Shown: piece by piece, positions 20,672 to 30,567 of the stretch
Layout of the letters: every line of letters starts with the position of its first letter
How positions within the stretch are numbered: the stretch's first letter is position 1
Assembly (NCBI GenBank): GCA_027492205.1
Contig: JAOZFN010000002.1
Coordinates: 45,834 to 102,959 of the forward strand
Direction of reading: 5' to 3'
DNA: 57,126 nucleotides
Source of the DNA: Thermoproteota archaeon
Lineage (GTDB): Archaea; Korarchaeota; Korarchaeia; Korarchaeales; Korarchaeaceae
Program-made: the position numbers and the translations under genes
Notes under the pieces: generated by a model
The model's database searches: none
Told to the model about the DNA's origin: nothing
Seen by the model: only the letters and a program-made list of their open reading frames with translations

Positions 20672-20926
20672 CTTACTTGGGGTTGCCTCGTCGAGCCTTC
20701 GTCCAACGGCACGTTCGTTGTTCAGGCATGCCCTCCCCCCGGAGAATCCGCCCAGCAACGGCTAGCACTACTTCAGAAAGGCGGGGACGGTTTGGTAGGA
20801 TGTTACGGTTCGGCTATACACAGTACGATAAGCTCCAAAAGGGGTTCTCAATTCAACTCGGCGCCCACAGCAGTCGTCGGGTTCTACTGTCTACACTTTT
20901 AAGCACATAAATGTAGACAAAGTGCG

Positions 20927-21154
20927 ATGACCGAGACCGTCGTGTTCAGCGTCAGGATCAGCAGAGAGCTGAGGGAGAGGATGAAGAGGGTCGGGGTGAA
21001 CTGGAGGGCCGAAATAGAGAAGTTCATAGAGGAGAGGCTGAGAGAGGAGGAGTTCAGAGAGACGATCAGGTCCCTGAAGGAGGCGCTGGAGGGAGTTGAG
21101 CCCTCCCGTGAACCCGCCTGGGAGGCAATCAGGGAGTCCAGGGAGGGCAGGTAG
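20927..21154 (+). CDS. vapB: RHH antitoxin (VapB-type)
   Basis: VFSVRISRELRERM...NWRAEI, directly upstream of a PIN gene. Confidence 0.85.
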   Translation: MTETVVFSVRISRELRERMKRVGVNWRAEIEKFIEERLREEEFRETIRSLKEALEGVEPSREPAWEAIRESREGR

Positions 21155-21571
21155 TTGTTCGTGGTGGACGCCTCGGTCTTCTCGAGCCTGATGATAAAGG
21201 ACGAGTTCTTCGAGAGGGCCGAGTCCTTCCTGGTCTCTCATGACAGGTCGGAGCTCGTCACGGTGGACCTGGCCTTCGTGGAGACCGCAAACGCCCTCTG
21301 GAGGCATGTTCACGTGCTCAAGAGGATACCCGAAGAGAGCTACAGGAGGCTCAGGACCCTCGTGGTGCCCCTGATCGAGAGCAGCGTGGGAGAGGTGGTG
21401 GAGGTGAGGAGACTCATACCGGAGGCCCTGGACAACGCCTACAGGTATGGAATCACGGTCTATGACTCGGCCTACGTCACTCTTGCCCTCAGGAGGGGTT
21501 TCAAGCTGATCAGCTTCGACGCGAAGTTGAGGGATGCGCTGAGGGAAATCGACATGGTGATATCCCCCTGA
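21155..21571 (+). CDS. vapC: PIN toxin
   Basis: VVDAS...ETANAL...YDSAYVTLA...SFD. Confidence 0.92.
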   Translation: MFVVDASVFSSLMIKDEFFERAESFLVSHDRSELVTVDLAFVETANALWRHVHVLKRIPEESYRRLRTLVVPLIESSVGEVVEVRRLIPEALDNAYRYGITVYDSAYVTLALRRGFKLISFDAKLRDALREIDMVISP

Positions 21572-21689
21572 CCTCTCACGCGGGGGGCCACGGAACTTCG
21601 CGCGGCCGCGCGCTCGCGCGTGCTCAGGGCGTGCGCGTTGCGATCTGGGGGACATATCCAGGTGGAACCTCCCACTCTATACGATCCCA

Positions 21690-21931
21690 CCAATGGAGTG
21701 CGAGGTCAGGCTCGAGAGGGGGGCCGGATCCTGATCCCGGCCAGGGTCAGGAGGCTCCTCGGGCTGAGAGAGGGGTCCATATTGATCCCCAAAGTGGCGG
21801 GAGACTCCCTGATATTGAGCGTGTGTGACGATCTAATTCTAGCGGCTCAGATGAGGAGAATCGGCATAGAGGAGGTTCTGTCGAACGACGGCGACTCCGA
21901 CCTGATACCGTGGGTCAGGAGGGACTTCTAA
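21690..21931 (+). pseudogene. Fused AbrB-antitoxin and PIN remnants
   Basis: GGRILIPARVRRLLGLREG joined to DDLILAAQMRRIGIEEVLSNDGD. Confidence 0.6.
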
Positions 21932-22040
21932 ATTCACCCGGGGGGCGAATTAAGCGATATCGACCTTCCACGATAAAACAGCCAAGACGAGACCGCTCCC
22001 GGCCTCGCGTGGCAATAGGGGCTGAATCTGACGGGCGAGC

Positions 22041-23051
22041 TCACCGCCTCCTCATAAGCAGGAAGCTCAATACCGCCAGCGCGGCGACCACGAAGGCCAG
22101 CGAGAGGTTTCGGTAAAGCTGTTCTCCCGCGCTTCCCTCGGTCCGCGCCAACTTAACCTCCACGAGCCTCAGCCCGAACTCCTTCGAGCCTGGCTTGGGC
22201 GCGGAGCGGATTACCACGATGCCGAGCCTCTGACGCAGGTAGTCGTCGGCGTACCCGCTGGGGGCCTCGAGGAACGCTCCGGTCTCGGAGTCGTAAAGTA
22301 CGAGCAGCGGGACAGCCATCACCCGGCCGGGCTCGTAGAGAGAGAGATTGGCGACCCCAATCACGACCTCAGAGGACTCCAACCCGTCTCTCCTAAGCGG
22401 GCTCTTGAGCTCCAACCTGCTAAGGTTCCAGACAACCTCCGTGCCGTCGGTCCAGTTGAAGATAGCCACCCCCGTGACCCACCCAGACCGGGGAACCCCC
22501 TCAGGATCTATCCAGAGTAGGAACCTCCCCCAGGGCTCCCCGCTCTCGTCCACAATCACACCGCGCGACGGGTCCAGGAGGATCTCCTCCTCACGTCCCA
22601 GCTGAAATAGTCCACGGAGTAGAACGGTTTTCCCCCTCGCGCTCACGGAATCCAAGGATAGGATCTCGACCCTCCTAACGAAGGAGAAGTCTCGGCTCTC
22701 CGCCAGCTCCGCCGCCTCCCTCCCCTCATAGAGGACGGCGGTGGCGTTCACACTGAACCACACCCTCAGCCTGGCGAGCTCCCCATCAAACCCGATTAGC
22801 TCCCACCCATAGACTCCCTCGACGCTGCCGCCCTCCTCCTCCCTCCCAACGGCCGCCGACAGCTTCTCTGCGTCAGTCTCTATGACTCCGCCGTCGTCTA
22901 AGAGGATTGTGGTGGTTTCCCGAGCTCCCCCAAACGCTATGACTGCCCTCTCTACAGGCAGGTATCTTTCATCGGGCGGCAGGCTTACCGTCAGGGCCGA
23001 CCCTGCCAGTGCTACCAGCGCAAGAACTCCGGCAGCTCGGGCTATATTCAC
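22041..23051 (-). CDS. Surface protein with C-terminal TM anchor (paralog of 51653-52627)
   Basis: Signal peptide, WGRFLLWID, YDSETGAFL, C-terminal TM + RRR. Confidence 0.8.
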   Translation of the reverse strand: MNIARAAGVLALVALAGSALTVSLPPDERYLPVERAVIAFGGARETTTILLDDGGVIETDAEKLSAAVGREEEGGSVEGVYGWELIGFDGELARLRVWFSVNATAVLYEGREAAELAESRDFSFVRRVEILSLDSVSARGKTVLLRGLFQLGREEEILLDPSRGVIVDESGEPWGRFLLWIDPEGVPRSGWVTGVAIFNWTDGTEVVWNLSRLELKSPLRRDGLESSEVVIGVANLSLYEPGRVMAVPLLVLYDSETGAFLEAPSGYADDYLRQRLGIVVIRSAPKPGSKEFGLRLVEVKLARTEGSAGEQLYRNLSLAFVVAALAVLSFLLMRRR

Positions 23052-23060
23052 GCCTCACCC

Positions 23061-23489
23061 TCACCCCCATATAGCAACGAAAGCGCGTGCGTCGTATGGT
23101 TTAACCTCTCCCCAGGGGAGGTACACGTCGGTCCAGGCCTCGGTCCAGCCGCCGAAGGATGAGTGATCGCCGGTATAGTAGCAAACTACGGTGGCATACT
23201 CGAAGCCTTCATTTCTTCCACATTCGGCCCAGTGCCGCCAGTTGAAGTATACCCCCCTAACCGGATCGTAATTCGCGGATACGCATGCGACAACCCAAGA
23301 GTAAGTACCTTCATCTCTCTTGCAGTTGACGACTGGTATGGACAGGGGCTCCACCTCACCTGACTCCCTTGAATCTGCCAAGGCCTGAGACACTATAGCG
23401 GTCGACAGCAGGAAGATGAGAACGACGAACTTGAGTTCGAGGTGTGGAGAGGTTCCTGGGAACCTCACATCTTCCCCAAATACAGACAA
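23061..23489 (-). CDS. Small secreted protein (paralog of 51246-51656)
   Basis: Signal peptide; RDEG...PW...YDARAFVAI; start uncertain. Confidence 0.7.
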   Translation of the reverse strand: MSVFGEDVRFPGTSPHLELKFVVLIFLLSTAIVSQALADSRESGEVEPLSIPVVNCKRDEGTYSWVVACVSANYDPVRGVYFNWRHWAECGRNEGFEYATVVCYYTGDHSSFGGWTEAWTDVYLPWGEVKPYDARAFVAIWG

Positions 23490-23757
23490 AGCTTTGTGCG
23501 TTATAAGCCTTTAGTTCTTCATTTTCTTGAAGAACGAGCGGGGACTCTCGCCCGTGGGGTGGGAGGGCGCCCCCTGATGGCCCTGGAGGAGGGGTGGTCC
23601 CTCGTCGTCGAGTTTGGGCTCCGCGTTCCCGAGAGAGCCACGCCAGGCCGGTGGAGTTCGAGGCGATCGTACCCAACGTGCAGGGCCACATCGGCTATTA
23701 CGCGTTCAGGGTGTCTCTAGAGTCAGGGCCACCGCGGAGGTCGTACCCTGAAGGTCG

Positions 23758-24486
23758 TCAGGAGGCCGCAGAGAGCGCCCGCCTGAACCTCTCCTCCAGC
23801 TCGGACCTGGCCCTCTCCAACCTGCTCTCGACCTCCCGAATCTCCGCCTCGACCTCTTTTGCCTTCACTGGTATCCAGTCCTCCAGCGGGACTCCCCTCG
23901 TCTCGTGGAGGTAGAGGCGAGCCCTGAAGATCTCCGACTGATCGCGGAGCTTCTTCAGCCTCCTCTCTAGCCTGGCGATCTCTTTTGCCAGCCTGGCGCC
24001 AGACCCCCCGGCGACCAAGAGCCACGAGTCCACTACGCCTTTGGGCGGAACCGACCTCAGATCGGCCACGGCATCACAAAGGGCCTCACAGGCCACTCGC
24101 TCGGCCTCTCCGAGTCGGGGCTGGGGTATGAAGCTTAAGAGAAGGAACAGGATCAGGAGCCCCACATCCAAGGGCCTCACGGGGAGTTCTACCCCCTCCG
24201 CAAACCTCGATGCGACCTCTGAAATCAGCCAGGCGGCCAGGACTCCGACGAGCCCGCCCAGGACGGCCCACCAACCTAGCCTGAGTCTGACTCCCCCCTC
24301 GCGAACGAGAGGCTCGTAGAGGAGAAAGTGAGCAGATCCAGACCTCCTGATGGCGAAGATCGCCAGGGAGAGTAGGGCTGCTGATGAGCAGAGCCCGCAC
24401 CCCACCTCCGAGAGCCAAATTATCGAGAAGTAGGCGAGCGTCAGTGTGAACGTGAGAGCCGCTCCCGCTGCTCTCGGGTTCATCAT
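23758..24486 (-). CDS. Membrane protein with C-terminal coiled coil
   Basis: 4 hydrophobic segments then a heptad-rich charged tail. Confidence 0.7.
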   Translation of the reverse strand: MMNPRAAGAALTFTLTLAYFSIIWLSEVGCGLCSSAALLSLAIFAIRRSGSAHFLLYEPLVREGGVRLRLGWWAVLGGLVGVLAAWLISEVASRFAEGVELPVRPLDVGLLILFLLLSFIPQPRLGEAERVACEALCDAVADLRSVPPKGVVDSWLLVAGGSGARLAKEIARLERRLKKLRDQSEIFRARLYLHETRGVPLEDWIPVKAKEVEAEIREVESRLERARSELEERFRRALSAAS

Positions 24487-24533
24487 TATCCATTCCGGGA
24501 GACTCCGAATAAGATTTTCCCTGTGATCGGTGG

Positions 24534-25682
24534 CTAGACGGAGGCCCTCCTGACCGCCTCCCTCACGGCCTCCATCGGATCCTTGTAGACCTCTATGCCC
24601 GCCTCTCTGAGTATCTCGGCCCCCTCCTCCGCCCTAAACCCCTCGAGCCTGACGACCAGGGATTCGGGCCCCAGCCCGAGGTTGGCGACGGCCTCGGCTA
24701 TCCCCCGGGCAACGTCCTCGCCGCTGGTGATCCCGCACAGGGCGTTCACCAGCACGACCTTGACGTTGGGGTTCGACGTGATGACCCTCATCGCCGACTC
24801 CACAGCCTTCGCCGACGCCCCTCCGCCCACGTCGCAGAAGTTCGCCGGCCTGCCCCCGGCCTCGGCCACGAGGTCCATGGTCGCCATCGCCAGGCCCGCC
24901 CCGTTGGCCATCGTGCCCACTTCGCCGTCGAGCTCCACGTAGGTCACGCCAGCCTCCTCAGCCATCCTCTCCCTGGGGTTGGCCGAGTGAGCCCTCTTTG
25001 AGAACTGCGGGTGCCTGAAGAGGGAGTTGTCGTCTACCTCGGCCCTCGCGTCCAGCGCCAGGATCCTCCCGTCCTCCGCAACGGCGAGCGGGTTGATCTC
25101 CGCCATCAGGAGGTCGTACCTCTCCACCAGGTCCCAGAACGCCGATATCACCCTGGCGAGCTGCTTCGCCACCTCCGGGTCCCTTGAGACGTTCCACGCG
25201 AGCTTCCTGACCTGGAACTGGGCGAGGCCGACGAGGGGATTCACCTCCACCCTGGCCATGGCCTCCGGGTGCAGCGCCGCGGACTCCTCCACGTCCATGC
25301 CTCCGTAGGGGGTGGTCATCAGGACCATCCTCCTGGCCGACCTGTCCAGGATGGTCCCCAGGTAGTGTTCCGCCCCGACCCGGACGGCCTCCTCCACCAG
25401 CACGGACTCCGGCCTGTGCCCCCAGACCTCCATGGAGAGGATGGCCCTGGCCGCCTCCTCAGCCTCCTCGGGAGTGCTCGCCAGCTTTATTCCACCGGCC
25501 TTCCCCCTCTTGCCGACCGGGACCTGGGCCTTGACCGCGACCGGCACGCCGAGCTCACTGGCGACCTCGCGCGCCTCCTCCGGGGTCTTGGCGACCCTCC
25601 CCCTCGGAACGGGGATGCCGACCTCTGCCAGCATGGCCTTGACCTCGTGCTCCAGGAGCCTCATCGCCCGGCCCGACGGCAA
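24534..25682 (-). CDS. sucC: Succinyl-CoA synthetase beta subunit
   Basis: LLEHEVK, KAQV...GKRGKAGG, EINPL, NGAGLAMATMD, NFCDVGGG. Confidence 0.96.
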   Translation of the reverse strand: MPSGRAMRLLEHEVKAMLAEVGIPVPRGRVAKTPEEAREVASELGVPVAVKAQVPVGKRGKAGGIKLASTPEEAEEAARAILSMEVWGHRPESVLVEEAVRVGAEHYLGTILDRSARRMVLMTTPYGGMDVEESAALHPEAMARVEVNPLVGLAQFQVRKLAWNVSRDPEVAKQLARVISAFWDLVERYDLLMAEINPLAVAEDGRILALDARAEVDDNSLFRHPQFSKRAHSANPRERMAEEAGVTYVELDGEVGTMANGAGLAMATMDLVAEAGGRPANFCDVGGGASAKAVESAMRVITSNPNVKVVLVNALCGITSGEDVARGIAEAVANLGLGPESLVVRLEGFRAEEGAEILREAGIEVYKDPMEAVREAVRRASV

Positions 25683-25726
25683 CGAACAATTAAAGCCTGT
25701 AACTCTCCGGCCGGGGAGATGACAAG

Positions 25727-26608
25727 ATGCCCCCGCTCCTGAGGAAGGGAATGAGGGTGATCGTCCAGGGCATAACCGGCCGCCAGGGCAGGACCCACGC
25801 CAGGCTCATGCTGGACTACGGGACCGAGATCGTGGCCGGCGTCACCCCCGGGAAGGGTGGGCAGGAGGTCGAGGGCGTCCCGGTCTTCGACTCCGTCGAG
25901 GAAGCCGTGGGCGAAGTGGGGACGGTGGACGCCTCGGTGATATTCGTGCCGGCCCCGTTCGCCTACGACGCTGTGATGGAGGCCCTGGAGGCCGGCATAG
26001 GGCTGCTGGTCGTGATAACCGAGCACATACCCGTCCACGACGCCGCCAAGTTCGTCGAGTACGCGAGGCTCAAGGGCGCCACGATAGTCGGGCCCAACAC
26101 CCCAGGCGCCATAGCCCCGGGAGAGGGCGTCAAGCTGGGGATAATGCCGGGGGACGTGTTCGCGCCCGGGGGCGTGGGCATAGTCTCAAGGAGCGGAACA
26201 CTGACCTACGAGATAGCCCTCTCGCTCAAGAGGCGCGGGATGGGGACGCCCCTGACCGTGGGGATAGGCGGGGACCCCGTGACCGGCCTGAGCTTCACGG
26301 ACGTGCTGGAGATGTTCAGGGAAGACGAGGAGACCGAGGCGGTAGTTCTGGTCGGCGAGATCGGCGGGAGGGCCGAGGAGGACGCCGCGGAGTACGTGAT
26401 GAGGATCGGCTACCCCAAGCCCGTGGTCGCGTACGTCGCCGGCCGGACGGCTCCTCCCGGCAGGAGGATGGGGCACGCCGGGGCCATAATCTCCGGGGGC
26501 AGAGGGACCTACGACTCCAAGCTCAGAGCCCTGAACGAGGCTGGGATACCTGTGGCCAAGACTCCGTTCGAGATCCCGGACCTACTGGCCGGCCTCCTCA
26601 GGCGCTGA
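25727..26608 (+). CDS. sucD: Succinyl-CoA synthetase alpha subunit
   Basis: [29 protein letters not shown]. Confidence 0.97.
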   Translation: MPPLLRKGMRVIVQGITGRQGRTHARLMLDYGTEIVAGVTPGKGGQEVEGVPVFDSVEEAVGEVGTVDASVIFVPAPFAYDAVMEALEAGIGLLVVITEHIPVHDAAKFVEYARLKGATIVGPNTPGAIAPGEGVKLGIMPGDVFAPGGVGIVSRSGTLTYEIALSLKRRGMGTPLTVGIGGDPVTGLSFTDVLEMFREDEETEAVVLVGEIGGRAEEDAAEYVMRIGYPKPVVAYVAGRTAPPGRRMGHAGAIISGGRGTYDSKLRALNEAGIPVAKTPFEIPDLLAGLLRR

Positions 26609-26950
26609 GGGCTCCTCCCCACTGCCCTCTGCCCCCTCACCCTCGTCCTCGGGTTCCGTCTGGGGCTGAGCCTCAGACTCCAGAGCGGGGGATTCACCCT
26701 CGGAGGACTCCCTCCAGGACCAGCCACCCCCTCCCCTCTCTTCCTCCTCTCCCCGGCCTGTCAGCCTGTAGAAGGTGTACCCTCCGTGCCTGAAGGACTC
26801 CACGGCCCCCTCAGCCTCAAGCTTCGCCAGCGCCCTCTTGATCTCCCTCAGGCCGTAGGGGAGCCTCTGGAGGAGGATCCTCAAGTGAACGGTCTCCTCG
26901 CTCTCCAGCAGCCTCATTATCTGCTGGGAGACCTCGTCAACTCTGGACAT
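26582..26950 (-). CDS. Winged-helix protein with acidic tail
   Basis: [27 protein letters not shown]. Confidence 0.65.
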   Translation of the reverse strand: MSRVDEVSQQIMRLLESEETVHLRILLQRLPYGLREIKRALAKLEAEGAVESFRHGGYTFYRLTGRGEEEERGGGGWSWRESSEGESPALESEAQPQTEPEDEGEGAEGSGEEPSAPEEAGQ

Positions 26951-27019
26951 TCCCACCGTTATCGGGCCGGGCTAATATTTATGAATCGCAAGGGGGGCCG
27001 GCTCGGGGAGGTCTTCGAC

Positions 27020-27184
27020 TTGCCCATCGAGGATCCGATAAAGCGACGCATCGCCCAGAAGGCCCTGCTCAGCTACAAGATCTGCAGGCGCTGCGGGGCC
27101 CGAAACCCCATAAGCGCCACCAAGTGCAGGCGCTGCAGGAGCAAGAACCTCAGGCTGAAGAGGACCAAGCTCGCCAGGAGGTGA
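27020..27184 (+). CDS. rpl40e: 50S ribosomal protein L40e
   Basis: [26 protein letters not shown]; TTG start after GGAGG. Confidence 0.95.
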   Translation: MPIEDPIKRRIAQKALLSYKICRRCGARNPISATKCRRCRSKNLRLKRTKLARR

Positions 27185-27220
27185 GCCCAACTTAAAATAG
27201 CCCGGGCGCCATGTAGGCCC

Positions 27221-27299
27221 GGGCCCGTAGCTCAGAATGGATCAGAGCGCCGGCCTGCGGAGCCGGAGGTCGCGGGTTCAAGTCCCGCCGGGCCCGCCA
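27221..27299 (+). tRNA. tRNA-Arg(GCG)
   Basis: CCGGC-CTGCGGA-GCCGG anticodon arm; encoded CCA. Confidence 0.97.
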
Positions 27300-27366
27300 C
27301 TCCCCTCAGCCTACTCGCGGCTCCGCCACAAACCTTTTATGACCTGACCGCCTGTCCTATGGCGGT

Positions 27367-27444
27367 GCGGCCGTGGTCTAGCCTGGACTAGGATTGGGGC
27401 CCCCCGAGCCCCAGACCCGGGTTCAAATCCCGGCGGCCGCACCA
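27367..27444 (+). tRNA. tRNA-Gly(CCC)
   Basis: GGGGC-CCCCCGA-GCCCC arm; encoded CCA. Confidence 0.93.
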
Positions 27445-28707
27445 TCACCTAATTCTCCCACTCCTCACGCCTGCCTCATCTCTCTCCTTACGGGTGAGCT
27501 CGAACAGGAGCTTCATGGACCTCTCCTCGCCCTCCGACGGCTTGACGGACCTCCTGGCGGCCATCCTCTCGTACGTCCTTATCGCAGACTCCAGCTCCAG
27601 CTCCACCTTGCCCCATCCTAGGGTGACGGCGTAGATGGTGAATGGGGGAACGTCCTCCAGCACGAACCCGTGTAGGTGGCTCGCTGCCCCGGCGAAGAGG
27701 CCGGTGTAGAGCATGGCCCCTATCGCTGTCTTGGCGTGGTCCCCCAGGAAGGAGCCGAGCTTTATCGTGCCGGTCCCGAGCCTCCTACCCGAGACAGTCT
27801 TCCTAATCTCACCGTAGGTGTTCTTGAGGTCCGACGTGGCCGTGCCTGCGCCGACGTTCACCCACCTCCCGACGTAGCTGTGGCCCACGTAGCCGTAGTG
27901 GGCCTTGTTGCTGTACCCGAGTATGACGGAGTCTGCCAGCTCCCCGCCAACCTTGCAGACCGGGCCCACGTAGGAGTTGGAGATTTGGGCCCCTGGGAGG
28001 ATGGCGGACCTCGGGCCCACGTGGAGGGGGCCGGAGAGGGAGACGTGGGGCCCCACGGCGACGCCGTCCGATATGCGGATCGGGCCCCCCCTCACGTCCA
28101 GGACGGCCGGGCCCTCGAACTCGACCCCTTCGCCGAGCGAGAGCATCTTCGGGTTCCCCAGGACCCTCACGCTCTCCGGTACCCTGGAGGATCCCTCGAC
28201 GCTCACCGGCTCCCTCAGGGCCTCCAGGGAGGTGCGGAGCAGGTCCCAGGGGTAAGATATCACCCTAGCTCCCTCGAGAACCCTGAAGCTCTCCGCAGAG
28301 GCGTGGAGCGCCTCTCCTACGCCTGAGACCCCGCCCCGCTCCGCAGAGAGCGTGGAATCTGCCTCCTCGGCCCTCAACCTGGCGCAGAGCACCGTCCCGT
28401 CCGGAGCGGCGAGCGCCTCTCCCACGTCCAGCGAGAGCGCAAGCCTCGCCTCCTCCTCCCCCATCACCCACCTCGAGTTGACCGCCAAGACCCCCTCGTC
28501 CGCCCCGCGGAGGGGGGGCGCCTCGGAGTCCCGCGCCTTGGGCACGAGGTGCGGCCTGACGAGGCTGGCGGTCTCGCCGTCGTGTCTCAAGAGCCTCCTG
28601 ACCCTCTCTAGGATGGTCTCCCTACCGATCACTAGCTCGTGGACCGGAGTGAGGTCGGCCGGGGGCCTGAGCAGGGCGGCGCCCTCGTCCTCGAAGAGCA
28701 GGAGCAT
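27445..28707 (-). CDS. GlmU-like sugar nucleotidyltransferase/acetyltransferase (left-handed beta-helix)
   Basis: SNKAHYGYVGHSYVGRWVNVGAGTATSDLKNTYG. Confidence 0.88.
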   Translation of the reverse strand: MLLLFEDEGAALLRPPADLTPVHELVIGRETILERVRRLLRHDGETASLVRPHLVPKARDSEAPPLRGADEGVLAVNSRWVMGEEEARLALSLDVGEALAAPDGTVLCARLRAEEADSTLSAERGGVSGVGEALHASAESFRVLEGARVISYPWDLLRTSLEALREPVSVEGSSRVPESVRVLGNPKMLSLGEGVEFEGPAVLDVRGGPIRISDGVAVGPHVSLSGPLHVGPRSAILPGAQISNSYVGPVCKVGGELADSVILGYSNKAHYGYVGHSYVGRWVNVGAGTATSDLKNTYGEIRKTVSGRRLGTGTIKLGSFLGDHAKTAIGAMLYTGLFAGAASHLHGFVLEDVPPFTIYAVTLGWGKVELELESAIRTYERMAARRSVKPSEGEERSMKLLFELTRKERDEAGVRSGRIR

Positions 28708-28772
28708 CCAGAACCCCCACCCGAGACTCTTTAAAACGCGACTAGGCTGACCAGAACGAGGTGTAGCGAAAA

Positions 28773-30008
28773 TTGGCCATGACCTACGAGATGTACGAGT
28801 TCAGGAAGCTGCTGAAGGAGCTGCGGCAGAAGCGGGGTAGGGGGACGGAGCTCATCTCGCTCTACATCCCCCCGGGGAGGCCCGTCGCCGACGTGATGCG
28901 CTACCTGAGGAAGGAGTACGACCAGGCGGGGAACATAAAGGACAAGCTGACCAGGAAGAACGTGCAGAGCGCCTTAGAGAGCATAATGCAGAGGCTGAAG
29001 CTCTACAGGAAGGTGCCGCCCAACGGGCTCGTCATTTTCTGCGGCGCCATCCCCCAGGGCGCCGACAGGGGGACAGAGAAGATCGAGATCTACGTGATCG
29101 AGCCCCCCGAGCCCGTCCCATCCTTCAGGTACGTCTGCGACCACGAGTTCTACCTGGAGCCCCTGGAGGACATGGCCAGGGAGAAGAAGGCCTACGGCCT
29201 CATAGTGATGGACAGGGGCGGTGGGCTGGTGGCCCTCCTCAGGGGGAGCACCTACCAGATCCTGGAGTGGGTCACCGCCGACATCCCCCCGAAGCACAGC
29301 GCCGGAGGCCAGTCGCAGAGGAGGTTCGAGAGGATAAGGGAGGAGAGGGTGCACGACTTCTTCAAGAGGCTCGGGGCCAGGGCGAGCAAGGCCCTCCTCC
29401 CCTACCTGGACGAGCTGGAGGGCATAATCATAGGCGGGCCCGGCGACGCCAGGGAGAAGTTCGAGGAGGGCAACTTCATGGACTACAGGCTTCAGCAGAG
29501 GGTCGTGGCCAACCTCCCCCTGTCCTACACGGAGGAGCAGGGCCTGAGGGAGCTCATCATCAAGGCCCAGGACTACATGAGGGAGGCCTCCCTGTACGAG
29601 GAGAGGAGGAAGGTCGAGAAGCTGCTCACGATGCTGGCCACCAGGCCCGGGGCCGTGGCCTACGGCGTGGAGGAGGTGGTCAGGGCGCTCCAGGCCGGCG
29701 CCGCGGAGGAGGTCTTGGTGCTGGAGGATGTGGACTACGAGTACGTGGTCAGAACCTGCCAGAACTGCGGGCACCGGGAGTCCGAGATCGGGAGGTCCTC
29801 TAAGGCCCAGTCCAAGGGGTGGACGTGCCCAAAGTGCGGCGCGACGACCTTCACCGAGGAGAGGACCCACATAATCGAGTACGTGGGTGAGCTGGCCAAG
29901 CAGAGCGCGGCGAAGGTCTCCATAGTCAACCCCAAGTCCGAGTGGGGCGAGCAGCTCGCCGCCCTGGGAGGGATAGCGGCCCTGCTCAGGTACGAGTTCT
30001 CCGCATAG
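28773..30008 (+). CDS. prf1: Peptide chain release factor aRF1
   Basis: GTELISLYIP, NIKD, YVCD, GGQS; Zn-ribbon CQNC...CPKC. Confidence 0.97.
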   Translation: MAMTYEMYEFRKLLKELRQKRGRGTELISLYIPPGRPVADVMRYLRKEYDQAGNIKDKLTRKNVQSALESIMQRLKLYRKVPPNGLVIFCGAIPQGADRGTEKIEIYVIEPPEPVPSFRYVCDHEFYLEPLEDMAREKKAYGLIVMDRGGGLVALLRGSTYQILEWVTADIPPKHSAGGQSQRRFERIREERVHDFFKRLGARASKALLPYLDELEGIIIGGPGDAREKFEEGNFMDYRLQQRVVANLPLSYTEEQGLRELIIKAQDYMREASLYEERRKVEKLLTMLATRPGAVAYGVEEVVRALQAGAAEEVLVLEDVDYEYVVRTCQNCGHRESEIGRSSKAQSKGWTCPKCGATTFTEERTHIIEYVGELAKQSAAKVSIVNPKSEWGEQLAALGGIAALLRYEFSA

Positions 30009-30046
30009 GCGTAGGCCTTTTATACGCCGGCCCGCCGGTAAGTGGC

Positions 30047-30123
30047 GGGCCGGTAGCTCAGCTCGGTAGAGCGCCCGCCTCGCACGCGGGAGGTCCCGGG
30101 TTCGAATCCCGGCCGGTCCACCA
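30047..30123 (+). tRNA. tRNA-Ala(CGC)
   Basis: CCCGC-CTCGCAC-GCGGG arm; G3-U70; CCA. Confidence 0.97.
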
Positions 30124-30266
30124 CTTCCAACCTGTTTTCCCAGAGGTCACGCCAGCCCACACGCGTGGGTGAGTTAGGAAGCCATCGTCAGCGCCGAGGA
30201 GACCTTCAATCGCGCCTAATCGCGTCTTTGGTGGCCTCCGGGATCGACTCCGTTGAGAGCAGTTGA

Positions 30267-30343
30267 TGGGGCCGGGGCCGGGATTTGAACCCGGGTCTGG
30301 GGCTCCACAGGCCCCCAGGCTGCCAGGCTGCCCCACCCCGGCC
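30267..30343 (-). tRNA. tRNA-His(GTG) with encoded G-1
   Basis: GGGGC-CTGTGGA-GCCCC arm; C73, CCA. Confidence 0.96.
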
Positions 30344-30454
30344 AGCCGAGGTGCCGAACGCGTGGGCGCCCGGCCGAGTCTGGTCGCTCGCCTCCTCTAT
30401 ATTAACCTGCGTCCCCACTCCCTCGCGGGGCCGAGAACCAGGGAGAACGGGGGG

Positions 30455-30529
30455 TGGAGCCGGGGCCGGGATTCGAACCCGGGTCTGCGGGTCTGCAGCC
30501 CGCCGCCTATGCCGCTCGGCCACCCCGGC
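30455..30529 (-). tRNA. tRNA-Cys(GCA)
   Basis: GCGGG-CTGCAGA-CCCGC arm; U73, CCA. Confidence 0.96.
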
Positions 30530-30567
30530 AGGGTGACATGGGCCCCACAGGTATTAAACGCTAACCG

